DNA of 64,000 nt. Origin: Zygnema circumcarinatum SAG 698-1b. Lineage: Eukaryota; Plantae; Zygnematophyceae. The translations under genes were made by a program, and so were the position numbers. The stretch covers positions 1,798,001 to 1,862,000 of the forward strand of contig CM074821.1 of NCBI GenBank assembly GCA_037447605.1. The letters are read 5' to 3'. The notes beneath the pieces were generated by a model. That model made no database searches and was not told where the DNA came from. It was given only the letters and a program-made list of their open reading frames with translations. Below are positions 24,672 through 40,300 of the stretch, piece by piece (positions within the stretch are counted from its first letter, which is position 1; every line of letters begins with the position of its first letter).

Positions 24672-25172
24672 ACATTTTCTCTCTCTTGGGATGTTAAAAC
24701 CATCGTTTGAAGCCTCTGCCTTGATTACAATTCCAACCAACAGCTGCTGTTGTTTGCATGTATGGTCTCTGAATACCGATGCAAAAACAAAATCATAAAT
24801 AAGTAATTGAGTGAGTAAGCAGAAAGAAAAACTCAGGCGTTTTCTTTAATGATGAGATTCCACAAACCCATGTATAATTACGACTCACTCAATTTTTTTT
24901 TTTTCTTCTGAATGCAGAGCAGTGTTGAGAAGGAACCTGGCCACGGCTCCCCATGGAACGGCCGGCCTCATCGTCAGAAAAGAGTGCAAACTTCACAGTC
25001 AAAAGCAAACAGCGAAATGAATAGTGAAACCCTAAAAGGGTTGCAGCAACGCCTCCAAGCACTGCAGCGAGTGCTGATCAAAAGATTATAATATAAACGA
25101 GAAAACCTGCAATTCGACACTTTCTAAGTAGCTTCAGCGAATTACCGCCTCACGGCTTTCCTATGAAGTAAT

Positions 25173-25487
25173 TAGGGGGGGTCAGCGCGGAGCGTACGAA
25201 ATTCCCGAATTCAGAATACGAAAAGTCATTTTTTCGTATACGAACTTCGGTTCAGGTTCCGCGGCTCCGCCGAACCTAGCCGTAGCGAAATGCGTACCCA
25301 GCCAATGCTTCAATGTGCCCGGCAGGCCCTACGAAATTGATTTGGTCATGTTTTAAGTCTGACTCCCCATATTGGCTAGGTACGCATTTTGGAACCTGTA
25401 GGTTCGGCGGAGCCGCCGATCCCGAGCGCAAATTTGTATACTGAATTCGGAAATTTCGTACGCTCCGCGCTAAGTCTGGCCCCCCTA
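25173..25487. mobile_element. Foldback MITE (~315 bp) with long imperfect inverted arms
   Basis: TAGGGGGG..AGCGCGGAGCGTACGAAATT.CCGAATTCAG pairs with CTGAATTCGG.AATTTCGTACGCTCCGCGCT..CCCCCCTA; inner arms GCGGCTCCGCCGAACCTA / TAGGTTCGGCGGAGCCGC. Confidence 0.85.
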
Positions 25488-25671
25488 CTGTCAGGGCGGA
25501 GCGAGGCAGAAGACAGGGCAGCGATTAGGGTTCGAGGAGGCCCGGACGGGCCAGGGCCTATTCGTGCCCGTGACTGACCACATAGAACAGTTCAAATCGG
25601 CCCAGTTAAAGTTCGGACTGTTCGCCTCCATACGCCAGTTCCGTGGCAGTCGTCACCGTCCCGGCCCCGGC

Positions 25672-25721
25672 CGTGACGTGACAAAACGTGACGTGATACG
25701 TGACGTGATACGTGACGTGAC
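25672..25721. promoter_or_regulatory. Tandem (A)CGTGA / TGACGTG array upstream of the trihelix gene
   Basis: cgtgacgtgacaaaacgtgacgtgatacgtgacgtgatacgtgacgtgac contains 7 ACGTG cores. Confidence 0.45.
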
Positions 25722-26671
25722 ATAAGAAGCCCCCTGTTGTAGGAAGGCCCAGGCTTGCTCGATTTTAGGGTTCGTGCTGTGCGGGGTGGGAGGGAGGGGC
25801 TCTGCGCCGAGGGAGGAAGGTGGCCGAGAGCGGGGGAAGTTTGAAGGCGCATGTGGAAAGGGGAATCTGGGCGGAGGATTTCGGAAAAGAGGGGGATTCC
25901 TGCGCGGTATGAGGAAATAATCGGTGGATAAAATGCGTCAGGATTGGATGGGATCAAGGCGGAGCTGGGCGGGATGTGATGCTGCGTGTGATGTGGGCGG
26001 GGCATGCCCATGCATGCATGTGCTTATGTTCTTGTAGGCTGGTCTGTGTGGATGAACACACAGAGGTAGAGGAGGGAGGGAGGGGAGGGGAGGGGAGGGG
26101 AGGGGAGGGGAGGGAGGGAGAGAGGGGAGGGAGGGTGAGGGAGATGAGAGGAAATATCCGGGAAGGAGCAGGAGAGACAAAGCGGGACAGAGTGTGGGAG
26201 AGAGAGCGGAAGTGAGGAAAGCTTAAGAGGGAAGGTGCAGATTAAGGAAGAAAACTGCTCAGCTTCTGTAACTTTTGCACTCAACGACCGTCTTACAACA
26301 AAACAAAACAAGAAAACAAGATTATCTCCTATTTTTTTTTCAGCAAGATAGAGTCTCGCTATGACTTTGAGTGGAAACCCATTGAAGATACAGTACCCTG
26401 CAATGCATGATCCAATCACATCTCTTCACGTTGGATAAAGTGTTGAAGTGGCAAACCTAGATTGGTCCATGCCATCGAATAATCCTCATTGGAAACCCAC
26501 CCTCTCCTATTTTTTTTTTTTAAATACGAAGTTATATGTTCGTTCCTAACTGGCAGTTGATTTTTTCTCGTGAACAGATACATGGCAAAGTGATGTGCGA
26601 GATCACCTGATAATCGATTCAAATTGACCGATTCCAATTGGAGTTTAAACGCAATTTCTTCGATTTCGATC

Positions 26672-29600
26672 ATGGACACTGTTCCGTTCCAGTTTCCGTC
26701 GGATGGACGTCTCCTGACCACCGTGTACTCTCAACCGTTACGGCCTCCGTTGTGGCCGACGGAAATGGGGTCTACGTTATTTCCGCCGAGGTTTAACATT
26801 TTCCAGTCACCGGGGGGTTCAGGCTCGCCTGGAAGGTCGGTGTTTGGGGGAATGCAGGACGTGGGAGGGTTTCAGAGTGAAGAGAGAGCAGAATTTGGAA
26901 GGAAGGAAAAGGACAAAAAAGACGGGAGAGAGCCGCGGAAGGAAGGGAGGCTAGAGTGGCCCAAGGCGAGAGTGATCCAATTACTTAAATTAATATACGA
27001 ATTAGAGGGAGAGAGAGCTGGAATGAACGAAGATGGGACCAGGAAAAAACCCCTTTTAAATAGGGTTAAGAGAGCAGCATTTAGGGCGGCGTCAGCGATT
27101 CTATCCGCCGATGGGTTTCCGGTTACAGAGGATCAGGTGTGGAATAAAACCAAAAATGTGTTTGGAACGTGGCGGAAATTGAAAGCGCTTGTTAGTGGGC
27201 TTCCGGAAATTGGGGAAGAAAAACTGTACATGGAACGGAGGGAGAGAGTGAGAGCCGCTAAGCAGTGTGATTTCGATAAAGCGCTGCGCTCAAAGATTGT
27301 GAATTTTGACATAGGTCCAGAAATGGAATTTTATTTCGGGGAAGGGCCTGCAATGGTGGAGCCCTCAGCAGCTTTTGATTCAGTCACAGACGAAGATGGG
27401 TTTTTTAAGCATGTGGTGAAGAGAGTGAAGGACGGGTACTTGGCTGGAATGTATGATACGGAGGAGGAGGGAGAGGAGAGTGAGGAGGAGGAACAGGTAG
27501 GAGAGGAGGGACGGTTGAGGCCGTTCGAAGGAGTGGCAGAAGGAGGGGAGATGTTAGAGGAGGGGAGTCGGAAGCAGTGGAAGAAAAGGAAGGTGAGTGG
27601 TGGGAGAGGAGGCGGGAGAGGACGAGGGAGAGAGAAGAGGGAGAAGGGAGTGCAAGAGGGAGGGAATGAAGCCATGGAGCTTGTGAGAGCAGCAGCCGGG
27701 ACAATGGGAGAGAGTAGTTTGGAAGCTGTGGGAGGAGGAGCAGACGGAGGAGGGGCGATGGTGTTGCTGGGAGGGGGAGGCGTTATATGGGGAGGGGGGG
27801 AGAGAGAGGAGGAGTTGAGAGAGGAGGAAATGAGAGAACCACGGAAAGACGGAAGGCTAGAGTGGCCCAGAGGGAGAGTGATTCAGCTTCTCAATTTGAT
27901 ACATGAGCTGGAGGGAGAGAGAGCGGTAGGGAACGAGGAGGGAGAGGGGGGTGGGAGTGTGATGGCTAACCGACCCCGACTTAATAAAGTGAGGAAAGCG
28001 ACTTTTAGGGCAGCCTCAGCAGTACTTTCTGCAGATGGATTTCCAGTTACAGAGGACCAAGTGTGGAATAAAACGAAAAATGTTTTCAGTACCTGGCGGA
28101 AAATGAAAGTTTTGGCGAAAGAAATTCCCGAAATTGGTGAAGAAAATTTGTATATGGAGAGGAGGGAAAGACTGAGAGCGGTGAAACAATGCAGTTTTGA
28201 CAAAGCCCTGCGATCTCGAATTGTGAATTTCGATTTGGGTCCAGAAATGGAATTTTTTTTCGGCGACCGGCAAGGAGTTGCAGCCTCTCTGAGGGAGGCG
28301 AGAGGAGAAGAAGATGATTTTTCGCGACATATTGTGACTAGGGTTAAGGAAGCATACATGGCTGGGATGTATGATACCGATGAAGAGACGATGAATGCGA
28401 GTGAGGAAGAAGATGAAAGGGGGAGCAAGAAGAGGAAATCGATGTCGAGTTTAAGAGTGGGAGCTCTTGCGAGGACCGAAAAAGAAGCTAATTCTTGGGC
28501 TGATATTGATAGAGCTTTGGAACAGCAGCAGCAGCAGCAGCATAGTCAGGTTTCAAGCATGCAGTTAGTGGGACCTGAGGGAGGAGTTACTATGCTGGGA
28601 GGAGTAGCAGTAGGAGGAGGAGGAGGAGGAGGAGATGGGTCTGCAACGAGGACTGCAGGAGGAGAGGAGGAAAGAAAGAGGGAGAAAAAAGGGAAAGGTG
28701 AGAAGGGGCGTGTTCTATTCGATGCCACAATTCAGTTACAGTTACAGTTGCGGAAAGAACGGTTAAGTCTGGAAAAAATCAAAGCGGAAAATGAAGTGCT
28801 GAAGGGGCGGGGGAACGGATCACATGAGGCGACCACTCAGTTACAGATGCAGTTACGGAGAGAACAGATTGCGTTGGAACGGATGAAAGCGGAAAACGAA
28901 CTGTTGCGACTGAAAAACGATTCCGCTAAACTGAACAGCGAAGCGCAAGCGATTCAGTTGCGGAGAGAGGAGGTGCAGGCTCAAAATCTGAGACATCATA
29001 ATCTGATAAACTTTTACCTCCGCATGTATCAGACGCAGATGGGTCTTCCTTCGAACACCGTTCAACAGATTCCGCAGATTCCGAGCAATGGAAACGCTAA
29101 TTTTTCCACTCCTCAAACTGCTGATTTTGGACCTATTCCATCAGGCCCCCCTAGCTACCCTAATTCTGTGGGTCCCACATTGGCACGTCCTCCAAAATCT
29201 GCACAAGGAATGGGGCCGGCAGTTTACCCTAATTTTACCCCTCAGGCCGAGCCAGTAAAGCAGCGATCTAAAAGTCAGAGTTTGCGGTCTCTTAAGGGAG
29301 CTATCTCCTCCACATCTTCCTCTCTCAACCTTAATAGAACTCCTGCTCATGGGGCAGCTAAGGCTATTTCTCCTTCTCCTGGGTCTCTCTCTATCCCTCT
29401 GTCTATCCCTCTCTCTCCTACCTCTACGTCTGTCTCAGCTGTTCCTGTATCCATGTCGATGTCTATCCCAGTGTCCCTTCCCCTTCCTGGTCCTACCACC
29501 ATTCCTGTTCCCATGCCACCCTGCGTCACCCTTCGCAATTCCGTTTCCATGTCCGTTCCACTTGACGGTTCTGTTCCTGCTACCGTTGGAGATGACGGGC

Positions 29601-29905
29601 ACATGGAAGGTGACGAGGACGTTGATGTGGAGGATGACCGACAGGATCCTATTGGAAGAGAGGGGGAGGGCGAGGGAGTGGGACTGGGAGAGGGCGAGGT
29701 AGTGGGAGTGGGAGTGGGAGAGGGAGAGGGAGTGGGAGTGGGGGAGGGAGAGGGGGAGGGAGAGGGAGAGGGAGTGGGAGTGGGAGTGGGAGAGGTAGAT
29801 GGTACGGGTCTAGTGGATGAAGAAGAGGTGGTCTCTCCAGTAGAAGGAGGATTTGGGGCTTCAATTTCGGAGGGGGGGGAAGTAGAACCTTCTCAACCTG
29901 ATTAA
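26672..29905 (+). CDS. Intronless ~1077-aa protein with two tandem trihelix (Myb/SANT-like) domains, a coiled coil and a low-complexity tail
   Basis: 3.2-kb uninterrupted ORF; duplicated module EPRK.GRLEWP..RVIQLL.LI..FRAASA.LSADGFPVTEDQVWNKTKNVF.TWRK.K; heptad-like QLQLRKERLSLEKIKAENE repeated. Confidence 0.8.
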   Translation: MDTVPFQFPSDGRLLTTVYSQPLRPPLWPTEMGSTLFPPRFNIFQSPGGSGSPGRSVFGGMQDVGGFQSEERAEFGRKEKDKKDGREPRKEGRLEWPKARVIQLLKLIYELEGERAGMNEDGTRKKPLLNRVKRAAFRAASAILSADGFPVTEDQVWNKTKNVFGTWRKLKALVSGLPEIGEEKLYMERRERVRAAKQCDFDKALRSKIVNFDIGPEMEFYFGEGPAMVEPSAAFDSVTDEDGFFKHVVKRVKDGYLAGMYDTEEEGEESEEEEQVGEEGRLRPFEGVAEGGEMLEEGSRKQWKKRKVSGGRGGGRGRGREKREKGVQEGGNEAMELVRAAAGTMGESSLEAVGGGADGGGAMVLLGGGGVIWGGGEREEELREEEMREPRKDGRLEWPRGRVIQLLNLIHELEGERAVGNEEGEGGGSVMANRPRLNKVRKATFRAASAVLSADGFPVTEDQVWNKTKNVFSTWRKMKVLAKEIPEIGEENLYMERRERLRAVKQCSFDKALRSRIVNFDLGPEMEFFFGDRQGVAASLREARGEEDDFSRHIVTRVKEAYMAGMYDTDEETMNASEEEDERGSKKRKSMSSLRVGALARTEKEANSWADIDRALEQQQQQQHSQVSSMQLVGPEGGVTMLGGVAVGGGGGGGDGSATRTAGGEEERKREKKGKGEKGRVLFDATIQLQLQLRKERLSLEKIKAENEVLKGRGNGSHEATTQLQMQLRREQIALERMKAENELLRLKNDSAKLNSEAQAIQLRREEVQAQNLRHHNLINFYLRMYQTQMGLPSNTVQQIPQIPSNGNANFSTPQTADFGPIPSGPPSYPNSVGPTLARPPKSAQGMGPAVYPNFTPQAEPVKQRSKSQSLRSLKGAISSTSSSLNLNRTPAHGAAKAISPSPGSLSIPLSIPLSPTSTSVSAVPVSMSMSIPVSLPLPGPTTIPVPMPPCVTLRNSVSMSVPLDGSVPATVGDDGHMEGDEDVDVEDDRQDPIGREGEGEGVGLGEGEVVGVGVGEGEGVGVGEGEGEGEGEGVGVGVGEVDGTGLVDEEEVVSPVEGGFGASISEGGEVEPSQPD

Positions 29906-30241
29906 AATGCCAATGACTTGGTTGGTCTAGTTGCCATTTGTATAGAGGACGTAGTTAACCTTTAGTTGGGTTAATGCAAGGTGGTTCTATGTTCAACATA
30001 ACAGGTTCCGTTTCGCTATATATAGTTCAATAAACTGAAGCGGAGATAAGAAGCATATAGCTGGAACGTAGTGTTTTGTAAGGTTTAGGGTTCCAAATGC
30101 TTCTAGGGTTGTGAGTGCTTTAGTTATCATGTTTGGTGCTGAAGGTGCTGCTTGGTAAGTCTTTGTCTATGTGGATATTTTTTGCTGTGGGACTGTTGAA
30201 CTGAAAAATCCTTCACATAGAATCTGTACTTATCCGTTAGT

Positions 30242-30393
30242 TCATTTTTCCAAGTTTTGCGTCACTTGCCCCTCTGATTTTTGCTGGTTAACCGGTTTGT
30301 CGCTGGAACACGCCACATTGGACCAATTGTGGAATTCATAAGCGGCGTCCCAACATGAGGTAAGGCATATAACTGCATCCATTGTTTCAGCGT
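30242..30393 (-). CDS. Duplicated (alternative) terminal exon of FkbM paralogue 2
   Basis: cctgcag acceptor, phase 1, encodes DAETMDAVICLTSCWDAAYEFHNWSNVACSS..*, homologous to the last exons at 31449-31298 and 11336-11481. Confidence 0.7.
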
Positions 30394-31297
30394 CTGCAGG
30401 GGAAGACAAGGTCACATGGACCATACTTTAGTGTTCGATTGACTTGTTTGGTCTGAAACACGAGAAATCTTTGACTCCATAAGTAACTTTGGTGCGGTTA
30501 GAATCACGCAGGCATTCACTTGACGAGGTGCGAGGCACAGGAATTGACTGACTTTATACTGAATGTCTATTGAGACGGTGGGTCAAGAATAGAAAGGATC
30601 TAGCGGGAGAAGCAAAGTGGTACAGAGAGAGAGGGGAGGAAGGGGACAGCGAGAGGAAACGATGAAACGGAGAGGGAAAAGGAAAAGTTTCTTAGCGGAG
30701 GACAGTTGCGGGCGGGCGGGCTCAAGGCTTTCTCCGAGTTGAGATATTCTAATCCTGCCTCTTGCAGAACTTTCAGCATACTCAATCGAGCAAGAGCAAT
30801 ACGACTCTCTCGGTATCCTCCATATCCAAAACGATCAAATGAAACGATACATACATACGATGATGACATATACGATGATGATATGATACGATGGAATGGG
30901 CCGAAAGTCCCCAGAACAAAGAAAAGAGAAGAAAGCATACATCTCGATGCTGAAGAGAGGGAGAGGGAGAGGGAGAGGGAGTCCTTTGTTGCGAGGTTTC
31001 TGTTGGTCCTGAAAGAGGTAGACAGTCTAGGCTAAGTATTCGAGTTGGAATGAGTGCATGCATGCACCCTAATACCAACCAGAATAAGTTCAAAGTCATG
31101 TATCCACATCTATTATTTCTGAACATATAAAATATATCGAATTCAATAATTTTTCACATTAAGGCACGGGTTACTAACGAGGAATTTGCCCCGAAAGGGC
31201 GCCAATGGTCGTCGGCGGTAGCGTGACGAGCGTCACGTAGGCAATGTCCGGAACACATGCATATGCTTGCAAAGCCGCCGGCGACGCTCCTTTCTCA

Positions 31298-35241
<3,944 letters not shown>

Positions 35242-36552
35242 TGAGACGGGGAGGGAGGGTGAAAGTATGGGAGAGAGAGGAAGGAAAAAGGAGAGAGAGA
35301 GAGAGGAGAGGAAAGGGGGAGAGAGGGTGGGAGAGGGCGAGAGGGTGGGGAGCGAGAGTGGGCGGAGAGAAAGTGTGCGTGGGAGAGGGAGACGCGCGCC
35401 GATTGGCCGGCGAGCGGTCCAATACGTGCCGCGTCGGTGGAGCGATGTACGGCCGGCTCCGCTACAGTCCACAAAATCCATCGGGACCGTTTTGGGGTCG
35501 TTTTCGGCCCGGGTTCATCAGGAGCAGACGTGGCATCAACGTGACACCGACGTGGATGCCACGTCGGTGAAAATGTCATGACATTAACCAGTCGTGTGCA
35601 TCCACGTGGCAGTCTTGCTCCGTCCGATGCCATGCTGACGGTCCTGGTGCCACGTCACCTCGAAGGCCATGAGCGACCCTCCCCCGCTCCAACGTCAGAG
35701 TCTGCAAGCGCGTGCATGGGCGAGTAGAAGACCTTCGTACTTTTGCGGTTGGGGCTAGATTCCATTAAACCCTAAAACCCTTAAAAAACCCTAAAAACCT
35801 TCTTCTTCTTCGTCTTCTTCTAGGCCAAAACAACAACAGCAACAATAACAGCATGCTTAGCTTGGGCCTTCAACAGGATCTCGGGTTCTATGTGAGGCTC
35901 TCGGCCACGATGTTCCACCAACTGCGTTAATGACGTTCACTATGCTCAAGAACATTGGCGATATGCCGATACTATCGAGCGCAATAGTATCGATGCCCAG
36001 AGATCACAATAGTATCAAAACGGACTGAACGCGAATGTATCGAACCGAACCGAATCGGAGAGGAGTTGGAGGCCTTCAAAAGCAAAAAGGGTCATAGAAC
36101 GCTTGATGCTAAATGTGAATGAAAGACTGAGATTCAACTCAATGTCCATGTGTGATCGAAATAACTATGTTGAGTGGAATTCGTTTCAAGATGCTGTACA
36201 TGCATTCAGCAGCCGTACAGTTTCCATGAAATGAACAAGTAAAAGGCGCCAAATCAAAGAGAGGCAGAACTATAGTCCATGTAAACGGCGTATTAGAACA
36301 TAAAACGGGAAGGTGAAATATACCATTTACGAATCGTGAATTCGGATAAGGTCAGTCTACGTGATTGATTTTCTCTCGCTCTCAGTTTCTCCCTCTCACT
36401 CTCCCTCTCCCTCTCCCTCTCTCTCCCTCTCCCTCTCCCCCTCCCCCTCCCCCTCCCCCTCCCCCTCCCTCTCCCTCCCTCCCTCCCTCCTAGGGAATTG
36501 AGTCTAATTTAACATAATGCATTTCAATGCAAACAAAGGGAGGGAGACGTTC

Positions 36553-37187
36553 TGTAACGGACCGCGGGGCTAATCCCTCCTCGGTCGTGCGCGGAATCTC
36601 CCTCAGCCTGCACTCAGCGTCTGAATCAAGAAAGTCAGGGAGAGAGAGAGAGAGGGAGAGCTTCAGAGGGTGGCGCAGCCCTGGGCAGGGGTGCAACCGT
36701 ATGCCGGTACGTTCGTTGGGTGACGACAGTCACCCACGCCCCTTTACGCTTCCCCCGTTGAACCTCCTACCAGCATGGAGGATTGGAAGTGTGGCTGCCC
36801 AATGGCGTATCAAGACAGAAACCTTCTCACCCGAATGGGTCGTAGGTACAATGCATGAACGCTTCACCGCGATTCGGGCAGCCGCTGCTGCTGCCAGCGA
36901 CGTGGCGCTGGCCGCCAGACAAGCTGCTGCACGATCGATCCTACGCCGCCGGGGTTCGGACGACAAATTCGTCCGCATTCAACGCGAACCTCGCATCAGA
37001 CGGGATGACTCCAAGCATGCCTCCAAAACGCTACAAACCCCACGACCTCCGCAGGCGTTCGATCCTAAGACCCACCAGTTCCCAGTGGTCCTCTACGCTG
37101 ACCACTTACCAAGGCCTCGGGTGAGAGTACTAGGGCCGGAGTGCGCCCTGAGTACACCTCAGAGTAGGCGTATGGCGTTTAGCTACA
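36553..37187 (-). mobile_element. 3' LTR (635 bp, TGTA...TACA) preceded by a polypurine tract
   Basis: Minus strand reads GCTGGGGGAGTAA|TGTAGC...GGTCCGTTACA, with a CT-rich tract near the 3' end. Confidence 0.8.
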
Positions 37188-37324
37188 TTACTCCCCCAGC
37201 GAATGTAGACGCCCTACCGTTCGCATTAATGCTTGAGTGGTAAAAGGCGGCTTCGTGTTTCAGCGGCGCAGCGTCGAACTCATTGATAGCGGGAGGGGCT
37301 CAGCGATAATCGGTCAAGTCCTTT

Positions 37325-40300
37325 TCAGGAGTTAGCGAGGCGGCTCGGGGAACCCCGAGCGCCTAGCCAGCTCTCTACTGGCATAGCGCCTCCCCGATAC
37401 AAGTTGATGAGCTCTTGGCAATTGGTTAAGTTGCCCTCGGCTTCCCATGTGCTATGTTCAACCCCATAGCCCAACCATTTCACGAGGTATTCGTGACGGG
37501 AAGATCGACCCTTTCTCACGAGACGGTGGGCTTGAATGGTTTCAACTTCATACTCAAGTTCACCCTCAAGTTCCACTGGTGGGGGAGGTGGCTGGATCCT
37601 CCCATCGCTACGGTAGACCTTTAGCAAGCCCACATGAAAGACCGGATGCACCTTCATGTGGGATGGTAAATCCAACCTGTAAGCGACATCATTGATTCGC
37701 TTCCCGACCCTGAAAGGTCCGATGAAGCGGGGCCACAGCTTACGTGTTCCGCCATAAGCTTTGAGTCTCAAGTTCGCCGTACTTAACAACACCTCATCGC
37801 CCTCATTGAAGGTGAGTCGGGTACGATGACGGTCAGCATAGGCCTTCTGTCTCGACTAGGGCGCTAGCAGGGTCTACCGTGCCCTCTGCAGCGCCTCAGA
37901 CATAAGCCGGACAGAAGATTTGACTGCGGGAGGTTGAGGCCTATCAGTCCCTCTCATGCTCCAAGGATCGGGGGTTCTGTGGACACCCATGTTCCACGGA
38001 TCAGGGGGCTGATCCCTTGGCTGCAGGGGATTAAGAGGATGCTGACCAAAGTTCAGGAAGAAAGGGGTGGTACCAATGGATTCCTGGTAAGCATTATTGA
38101 TGGCATATTCAGCCACTGGGAGCAGTTCATCGCACCCATCCGGGGTAGGTCCCACATAATGCCGGAGATAATCCTCCAAGATCCGGTTCACCCGTTCCGT
38201 CTGGCCATCAGTTTGCGGGTGGAAAGCTGTACTCAATGCCTGCTTGGTCCCAACGATTTTGAGAACTTCCGTCCAAAAATGGCCGGTGAATCGTGGGTCA
38301 CGGTCAGACACAATCTCTGACTGAAGACCATGCTGGCTCCACGCTTTGTCAACATACAACCGTGCAATCTCTTCGGCCCCAGCTGACTTAGTAGTTGGTG
38401 CAAAGTGCACCATCTTGCTGAGCCGATCGACAAAGACGAGGATGGAGTCATGCCCCCGAGGTGTCACAGGAAGATCTGTGATCAAGTCCATACCCACACT
38501 GTCCCATTTCCGAAAAGGAGGTGTGAGGGGTTGCAGCTGGCCAGGGATCCTGCCAGTGCGGGGTTTGTTTCGTTGACAAGTTGGACAAGCGAGTACATAC
38601 GCTTTCACGTCCCTCGAGAGTCCAGGCCACCAGAACTCTCGGAGCAGTGCCTCACGGGTTTTGGCAACACCCATGTGACCCCTGTACGGAGGATCATGGA
38701 GCTCACTCAGAATGAGCTGCCGTACAGTTCCGGCCTTGGGCACGACCAACTGCTGGCCGTGGTACCAGAATCCGTCCTTAGACACCACTTTGTCCTTATA
38801 GCCATTACCTTGGCCATCCAGGAACAAAGGATCACCAGTATACCCCTCCTGAATCATCTGTCTGAGATCAGAGAGAGCAGGAGGGTCGACTGCGTCACTG
38901 GTGGAGGGATCTATGACAAAGCATACTGGAGACGGAGACTCGGGGTTGGCTGGCCCCTCACCTCTGTCATCTCGTTCCACCAACACTCGAGTCGACGAGC
39001 GCACCATCCAGGCAAGATGCCGAGGCTGCCTGCTCAGTGGGTCTGCTACATTCAACCTTCCGGGCCGATAAACCCACTGGCAGTCAAACCTTTGGAGGAA
39101 CTCAGACCAGCGTGCCTGCCGCCTAGACAGGGTCTGTTGGGTTGAGAGGAACGTCAGCGGGCGGTGGTCAGTGACCAGCGTGACCGCTTTCGCCCCCTCT
39201 AAATAGCACCGCCATGTCCTCAGGGCGTGAACAACTGCAAGCAGTTCCTGTTCTGTTGGAGAATAGTTGCGCTCAGCGGGATTCATTTTGCGACTTTCAT
39301 AAGCCAGAGGCTGACCATCTTGGAACAAGACGGCACCCAAGGCGAATCCCGAAGCGTCACAAACCACTTCATAAGGCTTGGACGGGTCCGCTAAACGGAG
39401 AGTAGGTGCGGTAACAAGTGCATGGCGGACACCCTCGAATGCTTCCTGGCACACAGGGGTCCATACAAAGGGGACACCGAAACGTGTCAAATTAGTCAAA
39501 GGAGTAACCAATTTACTAAACCCTTGGATGAACTTACGAAAACAATTCGCAAATCCCAAGAATGACCTCAACTGATGTAAGTCAGTCGGTGCTGCCCAAG
39601 TTTCTACCGCCGAAACCTTGGCAGGGTCTGGCCGAAGGCCCTGATCATTCAGGATATGCCCAAGATAAAGCAACTCACGTTGCATGAAGTGACACTTCTT
39701 CCTCTTGGCATAAAATTTGTGTTTCCTGAGTACCTCAAACACTTTTCGAACGTGTTCAAGATGCTCTTCCTCCGTCTTACTGAAGACAAGGATATCATCG
39801 AGGTAAACCAAAACAAATTCGTCCATGCCTATGAACATCTCGTTCATCACAGCTTGGAAAGTTGCCGGGGCATTAGTCAATCCAAAGGGCAACACCTTAT
39901 ATTGGAAATGACCAATCGGCGTCCGGAACGCAGTTTTTGGCACATCAGCTTCCGTGACGCGGATCTGATGGTACCCTTGAGCAAGATCAAGTGACGTAAA
40001 CACTTTGGCGCCGTGAAGACGATCCAGCAGATCATCGATACGTGGTAAAGCAAATCGATTCTTTACGGTGATCTTGTTGAGTGCGCGATAATCAATACAC
40101 ATCCTCAACGAGCCATCTTTCTTCCCAACAAACAAGATGGGCGCCCCAAAGGGGCTCTGACTGGGTTCTATCCAGCCTTTCTCTCGTAAAGTTGTTAATT
40201 GCTTACGCATCTCCTCAGCTTCTTTCGGGCTTAACCGATAGATCGGCCGCCAAGGCGGCTTTTGCTCAGGCTCAAGAGGGATCGTGTGCCCGACTCCTCG

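Noticed and set aside
36527-37243. 238-aa ORF antisense to the retroelement
   Set aside because: Lies within the GC-rich LTR and has no recognisable motifs.
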